Source: Thecamonas trahens ATCC 50062 (taxonomy: Eukaryota > Protista > Apusomonadida). Taken from it: a stretch of DNA of 64,000 nucleotides. The position numbers and the translations under genes are program-made. Numbering within the stretch: the first letter of the stretch is position 1; each line of letters starts with the position of its first letter. The stretch spans positions 463,021 to 527,020 of the forward strand of contig NW_013657662.1 of the NCBI RefSeq assembly GCF_000142905.1. Reading direction: 5' to 3'. The notes under the pieces are model-generated. The model did not search any database and was not told where the DNA came from. It saw only the letters and a list, made by a program, of their open reading frames with translations. Positions 63,385 to 64,000 of the stretch are shown here, piece after piece.

Positions 63385-64000
63385 AGGTGGGCCCGGGGAG
63401 GAGGGGTCAGCAGCATCGAAACGACACCAGGATGACAGCTTGGGCCTCAGGTGGCAGAACTCGGATTCCGGAATACTGCAGCTGTCGATTGAAGACTGTG
63501 CATGGAGGTAGTGTAGGCATGTAGTAGAGTAGTAGTGAAATCAGATTGGCCATAGCTTGCAATGAGGTTGATGGGGGGCATGTGCGGGTCGAGCGGTCGA
63601 GGACGTGCTCAACCACCTAGGCAAAACAAGTCGACGCGGAAATGAGCCGAGGTCGATGGGAATGGATGACGGCGATATTTGTACTGGAGATAGTGCACGG
63701 TGAGTGATGACCTTGGGTGTGGTTGTGGGTTGCGTAGCTGCTGGTGGGAAGGAGCTAGGTGGTGATGAAGGTGGGCTGATCGGGCGAGCGGGCGGCGGCT
63801 GGCGGCTGGTGGCCGGCGAGGCGAGGACAGCTGAGAAGGCTGGGTCGGGCTGGATGGCTCGAGATTGCTGTTGGTTGGTGGATGGGCAGTACGGCATGTG
63901 ATGGTTGACGGCTGCCGGTGTCGGGGTCGGGAATGAGGATGCGGGTGAGCTGGAGCGGGGAGAGGAGGAGGAGGAGGAGGAAGAGGAAGCGGAGTGCACG
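63385..64000 (+). repeat. Diverged dispersed direct repeat, copy B (runs off the window end)
   Basis: Collinear similarity to 55880-56500 with many substitutions and small indels. Confidence 0.9.

Noticed and set aside
55880-64000. LTR retrotransposon bounded by the direct repeats
   Set aside because: There is no gag/pol between the repeats, no clear TG..CA ends or primer-binding site, and the copies are strongly diverged.

Overview
This window is gene-dense, GC-rich eukaryotic nuclear DNA with few introns, (GT)n/(TCG)n microsatellites and G/C tracts. The gene content suggests a heterotrophic protist, plausibly an apusomonad such as Thecamonas (inference only). It holds about 28 protein genes. 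These include a 5'-truncated receptor-like pseudokinase/cyclase-like/pseudokinase, a PiT phosphate transporter, an ABM monooxygenase, an animal-type SLX4 and a spliced COA3. There are three nearly identical EFL (EF-1alpha-like) copies: two in tandem and one 18.4 kb downstream. Between EFL copies 2 and 3 lie a beta-propeller membrane protein, NADPH-P450 reductase, NADH-cytochrome b5 reductase, alkyl-DHAP synthase (ending in PTS1), a P4-ATPase flippase and a TRIM protein. Further right are BUD32, an alpha/beta hydrolase, GNB1L/Asa1, Sec3, mitochondrial GrpE, POP5, a CH+SH3 protein, an IQCC-like protein, a bacterial-type PEP synthase and two FG-GAP proteins bracketed by a diverged ~600-bp direct repeat. 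The PEP synthase appears to have an intron inside its start codon. About seven genes carry 1-2 nt frameshifts, most likely assembly errors. I found no CRISPR array, rRNA or recognisable transposase. The most notable items are the EFL triplet under concerted evolution, the lipid/redox block it brackets, the intron-bearing laterally acquired ppsA, and the unusual receptor architectures.
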